Shown: piece by piece, positions 51,719-62,329 of the stretch
How the letters are laid out: every line of letters starts with the position of its first letter
How positions within the stretch are numbered: the first letter of the stretch is position 1
DNA from: Alphaproteobacteria bacterium
GTDB lineage: Bacteria; Pseudomonadota; Alphaproteobacteria; Paracaedibacterales; VGCI01
Direction of reading: 5' to 3'
Length of the DNA: 64,000 nucleotides
Assembly (NCBI GenBank): GCA_016870095.1
Contig: VGCI01000006.1
Span: forward strand, 7,349-71,348
Notes under the pieces: model-generated
What the model saw: only the letters and a program-made list of their open reading frames with translations
Told to the model about the DNA's origin: nothing
Database searches by the model: none
Made by a program: the position numbers and the translations under genes

Positions 51719-53881
51719 ATGGCTAATGAACGCGAAACTGGGCCGAGAGAAAGTCTTAAGTATGGAGATGCTTTACTCCATTGCTTAGAGATTATATCGG
51801 GTTTGTTAAATTATCGCGTTTCCACGGAGTCTTTTAAAGCAGGTTTGCCTATTGGGCCAAAGGGATTTTCTCCGGCAATGTTATTGCAAGCCGCCGAACG
51901 GTTTAATTTTAAGTCAAAAATAGTCGCCCGTACACTCAATGAACTTTCTTCCCATTTATTACCTTGTATTCTCATGATGAGAGGAGGAAAAGCTTGTGTT
52001 TTGGTGGCCATAGATGAGTTTGTCGCTACAGTCTTTTTCCCGGAGGAAAAAAAAACACCCCAAACCCTACCAATTGAAGAATTAAGAGAACAATATACAG
52101 GTAAAATGATTCTTGTGGCTCATAAGCCATTGGAAAAAGAGGAATCAAGAGATACACCTCTCTCGTGGTTTTGGGATACCTTAAAAGTTTTTAGCTCAAT
52201 TTATACTCAAGTTGTTTTGTCTTCAGCATTAATAAACCTTTTCTTATTGGCGGGCACATTATATGCAATGAATATTTATGATAGAGTATTGCCAAATAAA
52301 GCTTTTGATACATTACTAGTTTTGTCTATTGGTATATTTGTAATTTATTTCTTTGATTTTGCGTTGCGCATGATACGGGGATACTTTGTGGATATTGCTG
52401 GAAAAAATATGGATGTATTGTTGGGGAGCTTTTTATATCAGCGTATTTTAGGTTTACAATTTATCCACCGCCCTGCATCTGCTGGTGGACTTGCGCATTA
52501 TTTAAAAGAATTTGAGGGGGTTCGAGAATTTTTTTCATCTACAACTATTGTCACTCTCGTTGATATTCCTTTTGCCATATTATTTTTGATTGCAATCGCT
52601 ATGATTTCAATATCTATGGTCATGGTTCCTATTACAGCCATCGTTCTTATTTTGATTATTAGCTTTGCAATGCAACCGGCAATGAAGGGGTCCGTTAAGA
52701 ATCTTCTATCTCAGATGGAATATAAGCATGGAATTTTGATGGAATCTTTGTCTGGGCTTGAAACGGTTAAATCTATGAATGCAGAAGGGAGAATGTTGCA
52801 TAAGTGGGAAGAATCGGTTTCAGGAGCAGCTTTAGCTGCCAACAGAGTGTATTATATGTCGCTGCTTTCCTCTAATGCGATCTTTTTTATACAAAATGCG
52901 GCATACGTTTTTCTGATAGTTATCGGTGTTTATGAAGTTGCAGCAGGCACATTATCTGTTGGAGGTTTGATTGCGGCCACAATCCTAACCACGCGGGCAA
53001 TTGCATCAATGGGAAGTGTCGTTGGGTTAACAGCACGCTTTAACCAAGCTTATGCTTCCTTAAAACTTCTTGATCTAATCGTAAATTTGCCGGCTGAGCG
53101 ACCTCCCTCTATGCGATACATTCACCGCAACATTTTTGAGGGAGAAATTGATTTTATAGATGTAGAATTTGCCTATCCTGGTCAGAAATTAAAAGCGTTA
53201 AGAAATCTTTCTTTTAAAATTAAAGCTAGAGAAAAAGTAGCATTAATTGGTCGAATGGGTTCTGGCAAAACGACAATAGAAAAGTTACTCCTGGGGCTAT
53301 ATTACCCCAATTCGGGAACTATTTTAATTGATGGCATTGATATGCGCCAATTAGATCCCGTAGAAATTCGCTCTTCAATTGGGTACGTATCTCAAGAGAT
53401 TTTCTTATTTAGAGGCACTGTTCGGGATAATATTGCTATTGGAAATGTGACAGCCGATGATCAGCAAATTTTGAGAGCTTCCAAACTTGCTGGTGTTGAT
53501 GATTTTGTGCGTCAACATCCGATGGGGTATGATATGCCAATTGGTGAAGGTGGTTCTGGCTTATCAGGGGGACAGCGTCAATCTATTGCCATTGCAAGAG
53601 CCCTTCTTCATGACCCCTCAATCTTAGTTTTGGATGAGCCTTCGGCCTCTATGGATCCTGAATCTGAATTTTTGTTGATTAAACGCTTAGAAGAGCATAT
53701 TCCTGAAAAAACTCTCATTGTTGTGACTCATCGTAATTCAGTTTTATCTTTGGTAGATCGTATCATTGTCATTGATCAAGGACGTATAGCAGCTGATGGT
53801 CCGCGGGATAAAATTTTAGAATTACTTGTTAAAGGATCTGTAACTCAAGAATCTCCTATAGAAGAAGAGGAGGCTGATTAA
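51719..53881 (+). CDS. type I secretion system permease/ATPase with degenerate N-terminal C39-like domain (LssB/LapB-like)
   Basis: N-terminus GDALLHCLEIISGLLNYRVSTESFKAGLPIGPKGFSP…LPCILMM matches the LssB family pattern. It has a 6-TM ABC exporter domain, Walker A GRMGSGKTT, signature LSGGQRQ and Walker B ILVLDEP. Confidence 0.9.
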   Translation: MANERETGPRESLKYGDALLHCLEIISGLLNYRVSTESFKAGLPIGPKGFSPAMLLQAAERFNFKSKIVARTLNELSSHLLPCILMMRGGKACVLVAIDEFVATVFFPEEKKTPQTLPIEELREQYTGKMILVAHKPLEKEESRDTPLSWFWDTLKVFSSIYTQVVLSSALINLFLLAGTLYAMNIYDRVLPNKAFDTLLVLSIGIFVIYFFDFALRMIRGYFVDIAGKNMDVLLGSFLYQRILGLQFIHRPASAGGLAHYLKEFEGVREFFSSTTIVTLVDIPFAILFLIAIAMISISMVMVPITAIVLILIISFAMQPAMKGSVKNLLSQMEYKHGILMESLSGLETVKSMNAEGRMLHKWEESVSGAALAANRVYYMSLLSSNAIFFIQNAAYVFLIVIGVYEVAAGTLSVGGLIAATILTTRAIASMGSVVGLTARFNQAYASLKLLDLIVNLPAERPPSMRYIHRNIFEGEIDFIDVEFAYPGQKLKALRNLSFKIKAREKVALIGRMGSGKTTIEKLLLGLYYPNSGTILIDGIDMRQLDPVEIRSSIGYVSQEIFLFRGTVRDNIAIGNVTADDQQILRASKLAGVDDFVRQHPMGYDMPIGEGGSGLSGGQRQSIAIARALLHDPSILVLDEPSASMDPESEFLLIKRLEEHIPEKTLIVVTHRNSVLSLVDRIIVIDQGRIAADGPRDKILELLVKGSVTQESPIEEEEAD

Positions 53882-55206
53882 TGTCGCTGCCTCCTGAACA
53901 AGATCTGGATTTTTTACCGCCACGAGTGGCTGCTCTTGTGCGTGTCGGTCACAAGAAAACATATTTGACTCAAAAAATTATTCTTCTCTTCTCTATGGTT
54001 TTTATTGTTTGGGCACATTTTTCTGAACTCCACGAAGTTACAAAGGGAACAGGTAGAATTGTTTCTTCGACTCATATTCAAACCATTAGCAATCTAGAGG
54101 GCGGTATTGTTAAGGAGATTTTAGTGCGCGAAGACCAGCAAGTTATGCAAGGTCAGGTTCTTGCTCGTTTAGATCCAACAATTTCTCACGCGAAATATAT
54201 ACAAGATACTGAAAATTACTATAGATTTTTGGCCACTTCTGAAAGATTACGTGCGCAAATTGCGAATAGAGAATCCTTTGTTCCCAGTCAAGACCTAATG
54301 ATGAATGCACCGAATCTGGCTCTTCAGGAACAACAACGTTTTTTATCAAATAAGCTAAAAAAACAAAATGATATACAAATTGCGAAAAAAGATTTTCAAA
54401 TCAAAAAACAAGAAGTTTATGAAACAAAAGCAAAATTAACAGATGCTCAGAAGCAATACGAATATGCTTCAGAGCAAGCTAAAATTGTAAAGCCACTTTA
54501 TGAAAAAAAAATATATTCAAAAGTTGATTATATAAAAATAAGTAGAGATTTGGCTGAGCAGGAGGCACAACAAAAAGTATTGTCATCAAGTTTGAAACGG
54601 CTCACCGTATCCTTGGGACAAGCCAAAGATAAACTTACTCAAATTCAAATTCGCTATAAAAATGAAGACCTACTTGAACTTCGTGATGTTGAAGGAAGAT
54701 TAGCCGAAGCGAGAGGCGCCCAAACTACAGATCGTGACCGTGTTATGCGTATGGAAATTCGGTCTCCCATTACAGGAACAATTCGTGATTTAAAAATACG
54801 CACTGTGGGGGGAACTGTCCAGCCTGGTGAAGCCATGATGGATATTGTTCCTTTAAACGATACATTGGTGGTTGAAGCTCAAATTGTCCCGGCAGATGTT
54901 GGTTTCATTAGACAAGGCATGGAAGCCACAATAAAAGTTACAGCTTTTGATTTCAGTAGTTATGGAGGACTTCAAGGGGTAATTGAAGACATTAGTGCAG
55001 ACACAATTACAGATAAGCGAGAAGTAACTTTTTATCGTGTTTTATTGAAAACGAGTTCCAGTGTGCTTGTAAAAGATGGAAAATCTCATCCGATATTGCC
55101 AGGTATGCAAGTTGAAGTGGATATTTTGACAGGGAAGAAATCTATTCTTGCTTACTTCATGAAGCCGTTTACAAGAGCCCTATCAAACTCAATGACGGAA
55201 CGTTAA
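53881..55206 (+). CDS. HlyD family type I secretion membrane fusion protein (LssD-like)
   Basis: A TM anchor is followed by TKGTGRIVSSTHIQTISNLEGGIVKEILVREDQQVMQGQVLARLDPT (lipoyl-like hairpin) and a long coiled-coil. Its start overlaps the ABC stop (TAATG). Confidence 0.9.
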   Translation: MSLPPEQDLDFLPPRVAALVRVGHKKTYLTQKIILLFSMVFIVWAHFSELHEVTKGTGRIVSSTHIQTISNLEGGIVKEILVREDQQVMQGQVLARLDPTISHAKYIQDTENYYRFLATSERLRAQIANRESFVPSQDLMMNAPNLALQEQQRFLSNKLKKQNDIQIAKKDFQIKKQEVYETKAKLTDAQKQYEYASEQAKIVKPLYEKKIYSKVDYIKISRDLAEQEAQQKVLSSSLKRLTVSLGQAKDKLTQIQIRYKNEDLLELRDVEGRLAEARGAQTTDRDRVMRMEIRSPITGTIRDLKIRTVGGTVQPGEAMMDIVPLNDTLVVEAQIVPADVGFIRQGMEATIKVTAFDFSSYGGLQGVIEDISADTITDKREVTFYRVLLKTSSSVLVKDGKSHPILPGMQVEVDILTGKKSILAYFMKPFTRALSNSMTER

Positions 55207-55261
55207 GACTTATTAAAGGGACAGATCCTTCGTCATATAGCATTCATGCGATTTGGCATAA

Positions 55262-55771
55262 TTATGTGGGAAAGCGTTTCATAACAAATCGATTGATGGT
55301 CCAAACTGTAGGAGGGTAAAGACCTATAGTGAGTAACATACCTGGAATGAGGGGTAAAATGCCTGTCCATTCATGTTTTACAAACGATATGAGAATTGCG
55401 TATATAAAAGCATCAACGACCACAAGTAGCCCAAACCCTGCCCAGATCCAGTGGAATCTTTGGTGATATAAGATTCGCTTTTGGGTCATGACAAGCATAT
55501 AGGCAATAAGCAATCGTAAGGCTGAAAATCCAAGTGGGTAGGCATAAATTCCATCAAGAATTAAACTTATTAAAACCAATTGCTCAACAGGAAGTAAGTC
55601 TGATCGATAGAAAGACCAATAGTAAAGAATAATAAGAAGCGGTGTGGGATAAATTCCTATTTTTTGCCAAATGGGAAGAATCGTTAAACATAAAACCGAA
55701 AGCAGAAAGCAAAAAACAAGTAAGCGACGCTTCCACGTTTGCCAAAGCAATGATTCTTCATTAAATATCAT
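55262..55771 (-). CDS. mreD: rod shape-determining protein MreD
   Basis: A 169-aa polytopic membrane protein directly downstream of mreC. Confidence 0.8.
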   Translation of the reverse strand: MIFNEESLLWQTWKRRLLVFCFLLSVLCLTILPIWQKIGIYPTPLLIILYYWSFYRSDLLPVEQLVLISLILDGIYAYPLGFSALRLLIAYMLVMTQKRILYHQRFHWIWAGFGLLVVVDAFIYAILISFVKHEWTGILPLIPGMLLTIGLYPPTVWTINRFVMKRFPT

Positions 55772-55834
55772 AAAACTAAATCCAGAGTTTATAAAAGAAG
55801 GAAAATTTATTTCTCAATTCTGTCATAAGGAAAT

Positions 55835-56722
55835 TCAAAGGCCAAGAAGAATTGTCACAAAAGAAGGTGTATCTTTGACGAAGGGACGGGCTTTTATAAT
55901 ATCACTTGTAACATGAGTGATGACAGCGACAGGAAGCCCCCGAGGAAAAATTCCCCCGTAGCCAGAAGTGATTAAGCGATCACCAACTTTGACTTTAACC
56001 TTAGCGCTCTTTTCAAGATGGATGAGTTGTAATTCAGGCCCATTCTGACCCGCAACAATGCCATGATCTTGAGTTGACTCCACTTCAACAGGAATGCGAG
56101 ATGATAAATCTGTCAATGGCATAACACGAGCTGAGAGTGTTGAAAATCCTCCAACCTCACTGATTCTTCCCACCACACCTTCGGCCGTAATTACGGCTTG
56201 ATCTTTGGTAATGCCTTCGCCAGCTTGGATGGTTAGCATTGTATTCATGCCATCACTAATTCGTCCAATAACTCGGGCAGAAATACGCTCAATTTTGGGG
56301 TCGGGAATAGCTTTGGCAAGTTGTTGAAGTTGTTGCTGGTCTAGAGTTTGCTGGCGTAATGTTTGTATGAGCGTCAGATATCGTTCATTTTCTTCCCGTA
56401 AAACTGTCACTTCCGTCCGTAGACTGTGGTGTGTACGCAAAACATCACTCCACGACGTAAGGGCTGTAAACGGTTGGCTGATAACATCAATAAGAGGTGC
56501 CGTAATATCCAAGAGCGCCGTGTTTAAATGTTGAACGGCCTTATTGTCCCGAATAGATAAAGTAAAAATGATTAGAGCACCTGCTAGAAAAGTAAAAAGT
56601 CCCAAAGGATAAGACGGTTGGCTTAAAGAAAGACGGTTAAGAAAAGTCGGATAGAGTGTAGATCTTGAGGGCTGCCGTTTCAGCGCTAGCGTTTTTAGTC
56701 CGGAAGGTGCAAATTTAGTCAT
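55835..56722 (-). CDS. mreC: rod shape-determining protein MreC
   Basis: TM anchor, coiled-coil (LREENERYLTLIQTLRQQ) and beta-domains ending …ITSGYGGIFPRGLPVAVI. The ATG at 56722 is preceded by AAGAGGTG. Confidence 0.9.
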   Translation of the reverse strand: MTKFAPSGLKTLALKRQPSRSTLYPTFLNRLSLSQPSYPLGLFTFLAGALIIFTLSIRDNKAVQHLNTALLDITAPLIDVISQPFTALTSWSDVLRTHHSLRTEVTVLREENERYLTLIQTLRQQTLDQQQLQQLAKAIPDPKIERISARVIGRISDGMNTMLTIQAGEGITKDQAVITAEGVVGRISEVGGFSTLSARVMPLTDLSSRIPVEVESTQDHGIVAGQNGPELQLIHLEKSAKVKVKVGDRLITSGYGGIFPRGLPVAVITHVTSDIIKARPFVKDTPSFVTILLGL

Positions 56723-57010
56723 AAAAAAATACACCTCTTGGTTAAACGAAGGTTTTTAGTGAGTTCTTTCGAATTGAATAACTTAAGCCATTCGCATGGG
56801 AAGAACTGCCCTTATAATAACGGACTCCCGGCTGACTTTAAAGAGTCTTTTTAAGAATAATTAAAGAATCTTAGTTGCATTTATTTGTGACATAACACCG
56901 CAAGAACTTTAGAGGGAGATGCGATGACCTTATTTTCTAACACATCAGCAAATTAAGAAAATTATGATTACAATTCCTGAAAATGCCAAAGCTTACATTA
57001 TTCACAATTT

Positions 57011-58240
<1,230 letters not shown>

Positions 58241-58362
58241 TCATAATTTTTAAAAAGAATCATGTCAATAAGAGGTTCGAAATTCATCTTGACGAGGGGG
58301 ATAATTTAACGTTAGCTCAGTTCTACAATTAAGTGCCCAAGATGAAATAAAGGAGAAAATTT

Positions 58363-58962
58363 ATGACACACACACTTCCTAACTTACCTTATGATATCAA
58401 TGCGTTAGAGCCACACATTTCCGCACAAACTTTGACTTTTCATCATGGGAAACACCACCAAACGTATGTTACAAATCTCAATAATTTGATTCAAAATACG
58501 GAATTTCAAGATAAATCTCTAGAAGAGATTATTTTTGCGACGGCGACGATACCTGAAAAGGCAGGCATTTTTAATAATGCAGCCCAAGTTTGGAATCATA
58601 CGTTTTTTTGGAATTGTATGAAGCCTAGGGGCGGTGGACAGCCAACAGGTGAGTTGAAAATGCTTATTGAAAAAACTTTTGGATCCTATGAAACTTTTGC
58701 TGCTGAATTTAAACAAGCTGCTATAACACAATTTGGCAGTGGCTGGGCATGGTTGGTTGTTGAGAAGGGTAATTTGCGGATTATGAAAACCGCCAATGCT
58801 GATCTTCCTATGGTTCATGGGGCAACAGCTTTATTAACTTGTGATGTTTGGGAACATGCCTATTACCTTGATTATCAAAATCGCCGTCCAGATTATGTGG
58901 ATACTTTTTTGACACATCTTGTAAATTGGGATTTTGTGGCGAGCCATTTGAATGCAAACTAA
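58363..58962 (+). CDS. sodB: superoxide dismutase (Fe/Mn family, Fe-type features)
   Basis: LPYDINALEPHIS, FHHGKHHQTYV, AAQVWNHTFFW and DVWEHAYYLDYQNRRPDY. Confidence 0.92.
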   Translation: MTHTLPNLPYDINALEPHISAQTLTFHHGKHHQTYVTNLNNLIQNTEFQDKSLEEIIFATATIPEKAGIFNNAAQVWNHTFFWNCMKPRGGGQPTGELKMLIEKTFGSYETFAAEFKQAAITQFGSGWAWLVVEKGNLRIMKTANADLPMVHGATALLTCDVWEHAYYLDYQNRRPDYVDTFLTHLVNWDFVASHLNAN

Positions 58963-58996
58963 TTTAATAAAATTATTCTGTATTCTGCCTTAAAAA

Positions 58997-60640
58997 ATGA
59001 GAAGTAAAATAATCATGCACTCACAAAATTTAAAAGTAAGTCTTTGTGTGGGGTTGTTTTTCGTGGTGAATTTTGGGCCTACAATACTTCCGATTTGGGG
59101 GCAAGATCCAAAGATAGACATTGGGGAGATCGGTTCGGAAAGCCATTCGCAAACAACGTCAAGCCAGTTGGATGTTTCTCTTATTTCTGATTCGCGTGGG
59201 TCAATTTTAAGTTTTGATTGGGGCAAAAAAAAGCCAGCTCTGGCTGTTGTAAAAGAGTCTGTATGCCTTAAAAATGGAAAGTGGTGGATTGTTTTTGATG
59301 AGGGCGCCATACCGACACTTCCCGATTTGAATGAATACCCGATTACGGCAATTAAAAGCATTCAGATTATTCCCGTAAAAGATGCTGTCGTCTTACAAAT
59401 CACAACAGATCCTGAATTTATGCCTGACATTGAAAAAGAAGGGGATAAGTGGCAAATCATTTTTAAACCACAACCCATAACGCTGAAGCATGAAGTGATT
59501 TTACAGTTTCCTCACTCTAAAGAGGAGGGATTCGTTGTTGAGTTAGAAAACTCAGGGAAGGAAGTTCGGTTTATCGATTCTACGACGGGGTATATTAACG
59601 TTATATTTCCAACCCTAAGAGTGGGCTTGGGAAGAGAGAAACATCAAACTTTTCCCGAATTTCATCTTTTAAGTTCGGCTCAAGGTATTGGTTTTCAGCT
59701 GGTAAAGGAGGATATGGCGCTCCAGGTCTCCTCTCATGCAATCAAGCTCTCCCATCCAGATGGTTTAGCAATTTCAGCTTCTGAAGACAGAGATCGGGTC
59801 CGTCCCGCAGTTGAATCTATCGGATTTTTTACAGATGCCCAAGATCTGGATTGGGTTGCGCGATGCCAAAAGATAAATGAAGAACTATTGGATTTACCCC
59901 ACAGTCAACATGGTCCCGGTGAATTAGAAATAGCTTGGCTATTGTTGAGTTATGGTCGAATAGAAGAGGCAATGGGATATTTAGCTCATTTGGCCCAAGA
60001 GCGTCCTAGCATTACAGATTTGCCATTGTTCCACATGCTTCATGGCATGGGGAGTCTTCTTCTGAATCGCTTGTCAGAAGCTCAAACGCAATTATGGTCA
60101 TTGCAAACTGAACCAGAAGCTCAAGTTTGGTTGTCGACGGTCAATGCTCTTCAACATTCTCATAACATTGCTATAAATTCTAAACGACTTCAAGAGCTTA
60201 GGGCTCGGTTTCAAGAAGCCAAACACCTGATTAAATCTTATCCAAAACCATTACGGCAACAATACGTGTCGATCGTTTTAATGGCGGGTATTGCGGTCCA
60301 GGACCTTGAAACTTTAAAAGCATTTCTTGAACAAGAATTAAGTCCTGAACATTCGAATCAACGAGAGGTTTATGAGCTCGCTCGAGCCAGAGTTTTGATG
60401 AGTCAGATAAAACCAGAAGCTGCCATGCAAATTTTGGGCGAATTGATGGAAAAAGCAACCTCTCCCCTAGTGCGGGCTATTGCTTGTTTTGATTATATAT
60501 GTCATCGCTTGGAGACAAAATTAATGAAGCCAGAAGATGCGCTTTCACAATTAGAAGCTATTCGTCTCCAATGGCATGGAGGTTGGTTAGATCGTCAAAT
60601 AGAAGCGTATCTTGTAAAGTGGCGAGCTCAGAAAAATTAA
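58997..60640 (+). CDS. hypothetical exported protein with helical-repeat (TPR-like) C-terminal half
   Basis: A 547-aa ORF with N-terminal hydrophobic segment VSLCVGLFFVVNFGPTILPIWG. The C-terminal ~250 aa are alpha-helical repeat-like (AWLLLSYGRIEEAMGYLAHLAQ…). No catalytic motif recognised. Confidence 0.55.
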   Translation: MRSKIIMHSQNLKVSLCVGLFFVVNFGPTILPIWGQDPKIDIGEIGSESHSQTTSSQLDVSLISDSRGSILSFDWGKKKPALAVVKESVCLKNGKWWIVFDEGAIPTLPDLNEYPITAIKSIQIIPVKDAVVLQITTDPEFMPDIEKEGDKWQIIFKPQPITLKHEVILQFPHSKEEGFVVELENSGKEVRFIDSTTGYINVIFPTLRVGLGREKHQTFPEFHLLSSAQGIGFQLVKEDMALQVSSHAIKLSHPDGLAISASEDRDRVRPAVESIGFFTDAQDLDWVARCQKINEELLDLPHSQHGPGELEIAWLLLSYGRIEEAMGYLAHLAQERPSITDLPLFHMLHGMGSLLLNRLSEAQTQLWSLQTEPEAQVWLSTVNALQHSHNIAINSKRLQELRARFQEAKHLIKSYPKPLRQQYVSIVLMAGIAVQDLETLKAFLEQELSPEHSNQREVYELARARVLMSQIKPEAAMQILGELMEKATSPLVRAIACFDYICHRLETKLMKPEDALSQLEAIRLQWHGGWLDRQIEAYLVKWRAQKN

Positions 60641-60924
60641 GACCCTCATTTGCCATTAAAATATTCCTTGACATTTTATTCTTGAATATTCATATCTTTA
60701 ATTCAAAATCAATTGATGCGGATAAAAAAATGATAGGGCCTTCAAGCCATAAAAATAAAGAATTCCTCCTCTCTGTTATAGGGCGGACCATCTTTATTAT
60801 GATTCCATCTAAATCCCTCAAGCGCAGCTAGCGCTATATTTTATTTTTTCATTAACACAATTTAGGTTAATTATTTTCCCCCTTCCCGGGAGATATTGTT
60901 ATATATTTTTATTAGGAGATACTG

Positions 60925-62232
60925 ATGTCGACAAGACACAAAGCTGACAAAATTGGCCTTTGGCCATTGACCTCTCTCGTTACAGGGAATTTGGTTGGAT
61001 CTGGCGTTTATTTATTGCCGGCTACCTTAGCAATATATGGGACAATTAGTATATTTGGATGGATAGCCGCTTCATTGGGTGCGATCCTACTTTCCCTAGT
61101 TTTTGCTGATTTGAGCTCTCAGGAAACCAAAACGGGTGGTCCTTATCTTTATGCTCGGGAAGCTTTTGGAGACACGGTAGGCTATTACATTTGTTGGGGA
61201 TATTGGTTTTTGACATGGATTAGCAATCCGGCTTTAGCCATTGGTGCTGTAGGCTATATCTCTGTTATTAGCGGGGGTTTGAGTTCTTTAACACACTTCA
61301 TCCTTGAGGTTTGTATTGTTATCAGCCTGACAATTTTTAACCTCCTGGGTTTAAAGGTAACGGGACGTGCAGAACTATTCATTACGATTTTGAAGGTTAT
61401 TCCCCTTTTGTTATTGCCCATTATTGGTCTTTGTTTCATAGATATTTCTACATTTTCTCATCATATCAATGTATCAGATAAATCATTTGGTGCTGCCCTC
61501 AATGCCGCAACTTTGGCAGCTTTGTGGTGTTTTGTGGGGCTTGAGACGGGAACAGTTCCGGCGGGTCAAGTTCATCAAGCCTCTCGTACAGTTCCTCAAG
61601 CAACTATTTTAGGAACTATCATTGCAGCAATCATCTATGTTTTGGGTGCTGTAGTTATTATGGGCGTTGTTTCGCCGGCAGATCTTTTGCAGTCAAAGGC
61701 ACCATATGCAGATGCTGCGCAGCGCATCTTTGGTGGAGCTTGGGGTATGCCAGTGGCTTTGGCCGCAGTTATATCTTGTTTAGGGACGCTAAATGGTTTC
61801 TTAATTATTGTGGGACGTATTCCTTATGGGGCAGCGGAAGATGGGTTGTTTCCGAAATTTTTTACACAGACAACTCGTCATGGTACGCCTTATTGGGGGG
61901 TGTTGATTTCTTCACTTTGCTCTATTCCTATTTTGTTGCTGTCTTTGCAAAATACCTTAATGGAACAATTTAATTTCGTTATCGAAATCGCGGTAACATT
62001 GATTTTAATTGTTTATAGCGTCTGTGTGTTAGCCTATCTGAAGCTCTTGTTCCGCGATGGTAGAAACACATTTCCCAAAATTGCATTGGGTCTTGGAGCT
62101 CTTCTCTTTACCGGGTGGGCTATATGGGCAGCAAATTTTAAGATGGTATGTTTTTCATTGGTTATTCTTCTCTTGGGTATTCCGATGCGTTTGTGGATGA
62201 CGCGGTCTCGGGCGAGTCTCAATCAAAATTGA
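60925..62232 (+). CDS. APC superfamily amino acid/polyamine transporter (basic amino acid/polyamine antiporter-like)
   Basis: KIGLWPLTSLVTGNLVGSGVYLLPATLA is an N-terminal APC signature, and there are about 12 TM segments. Confidence 0.85.
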   Translation: MSTRHKADKIGLWPLTSLVTGNLVGSGVYLLPATLAIYGTISIFGWIAASLGAILLSLVFADLSSQETKTGGPYLYAREAFGDTVGYYICWGYWFLTWISNPALAIGAVGYISVISGGLSSLTHFILEVCIVISLTIFNLLGLKVTGRAELFITILKVIPLLLLPIIGLCFIDISTFSHHINVSDKSFGAALNAATLAALWCFVGLETGTVPAGQVHQASRTVPQATILGTIIAAIIYVLGAVVIMGVVSPADLLQSKAPYADAAQRIFGGAWGMPVALAAVISCLGTLNGFLIIVGRIPYGAAEDGLFPKFFTQTTRHGTPYWGVLISSLCSIPILLLSLQNTLMEQFNFVIEIAVTLILIVYSVCVLAYLKLLFRDGRNTFPKIALGLGALLFTGWAIWAANFKMVCFSLVILLLGIPMRLWMTRSRASLNQN

Positions 62233-62329
62233 TTCTCCTTGTTTGTTCTGCTTTTTTGTCAGTGTATTGCATTGCATAATAAAATTATTCTAAAGTGAGC
62301 TAATAATTTTATAAAGAAGAAAGGCTAAC

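Noticed and set aside
58274-58325. tRNA-like fragments: GGTTCGAAAT (T-arm-like) and GTTAGCTCAGTT (D-arm-like) upstream of sodB.
   Set aside because: The order is wrong, with the T-like element before the D-like one. There are no complementary acceptor or anticodon stems, so no cloverleaf can be drawn. Most likely chance or a very old remnant.
60499-60831. A 110-aa + strand ORF overlapping the end of the 547-aa gene and extending into the spacer. Also 2240-2425, 16216-16407, 41804-42025 and 44049-44273 in AT-rich spacers.
   Set aside because: They are overlapping or AT-rich-spacer ORFs with no SD, no motif, and composition driven by AT richness (K/I/F/N-rich). They are unlikely to be coding.
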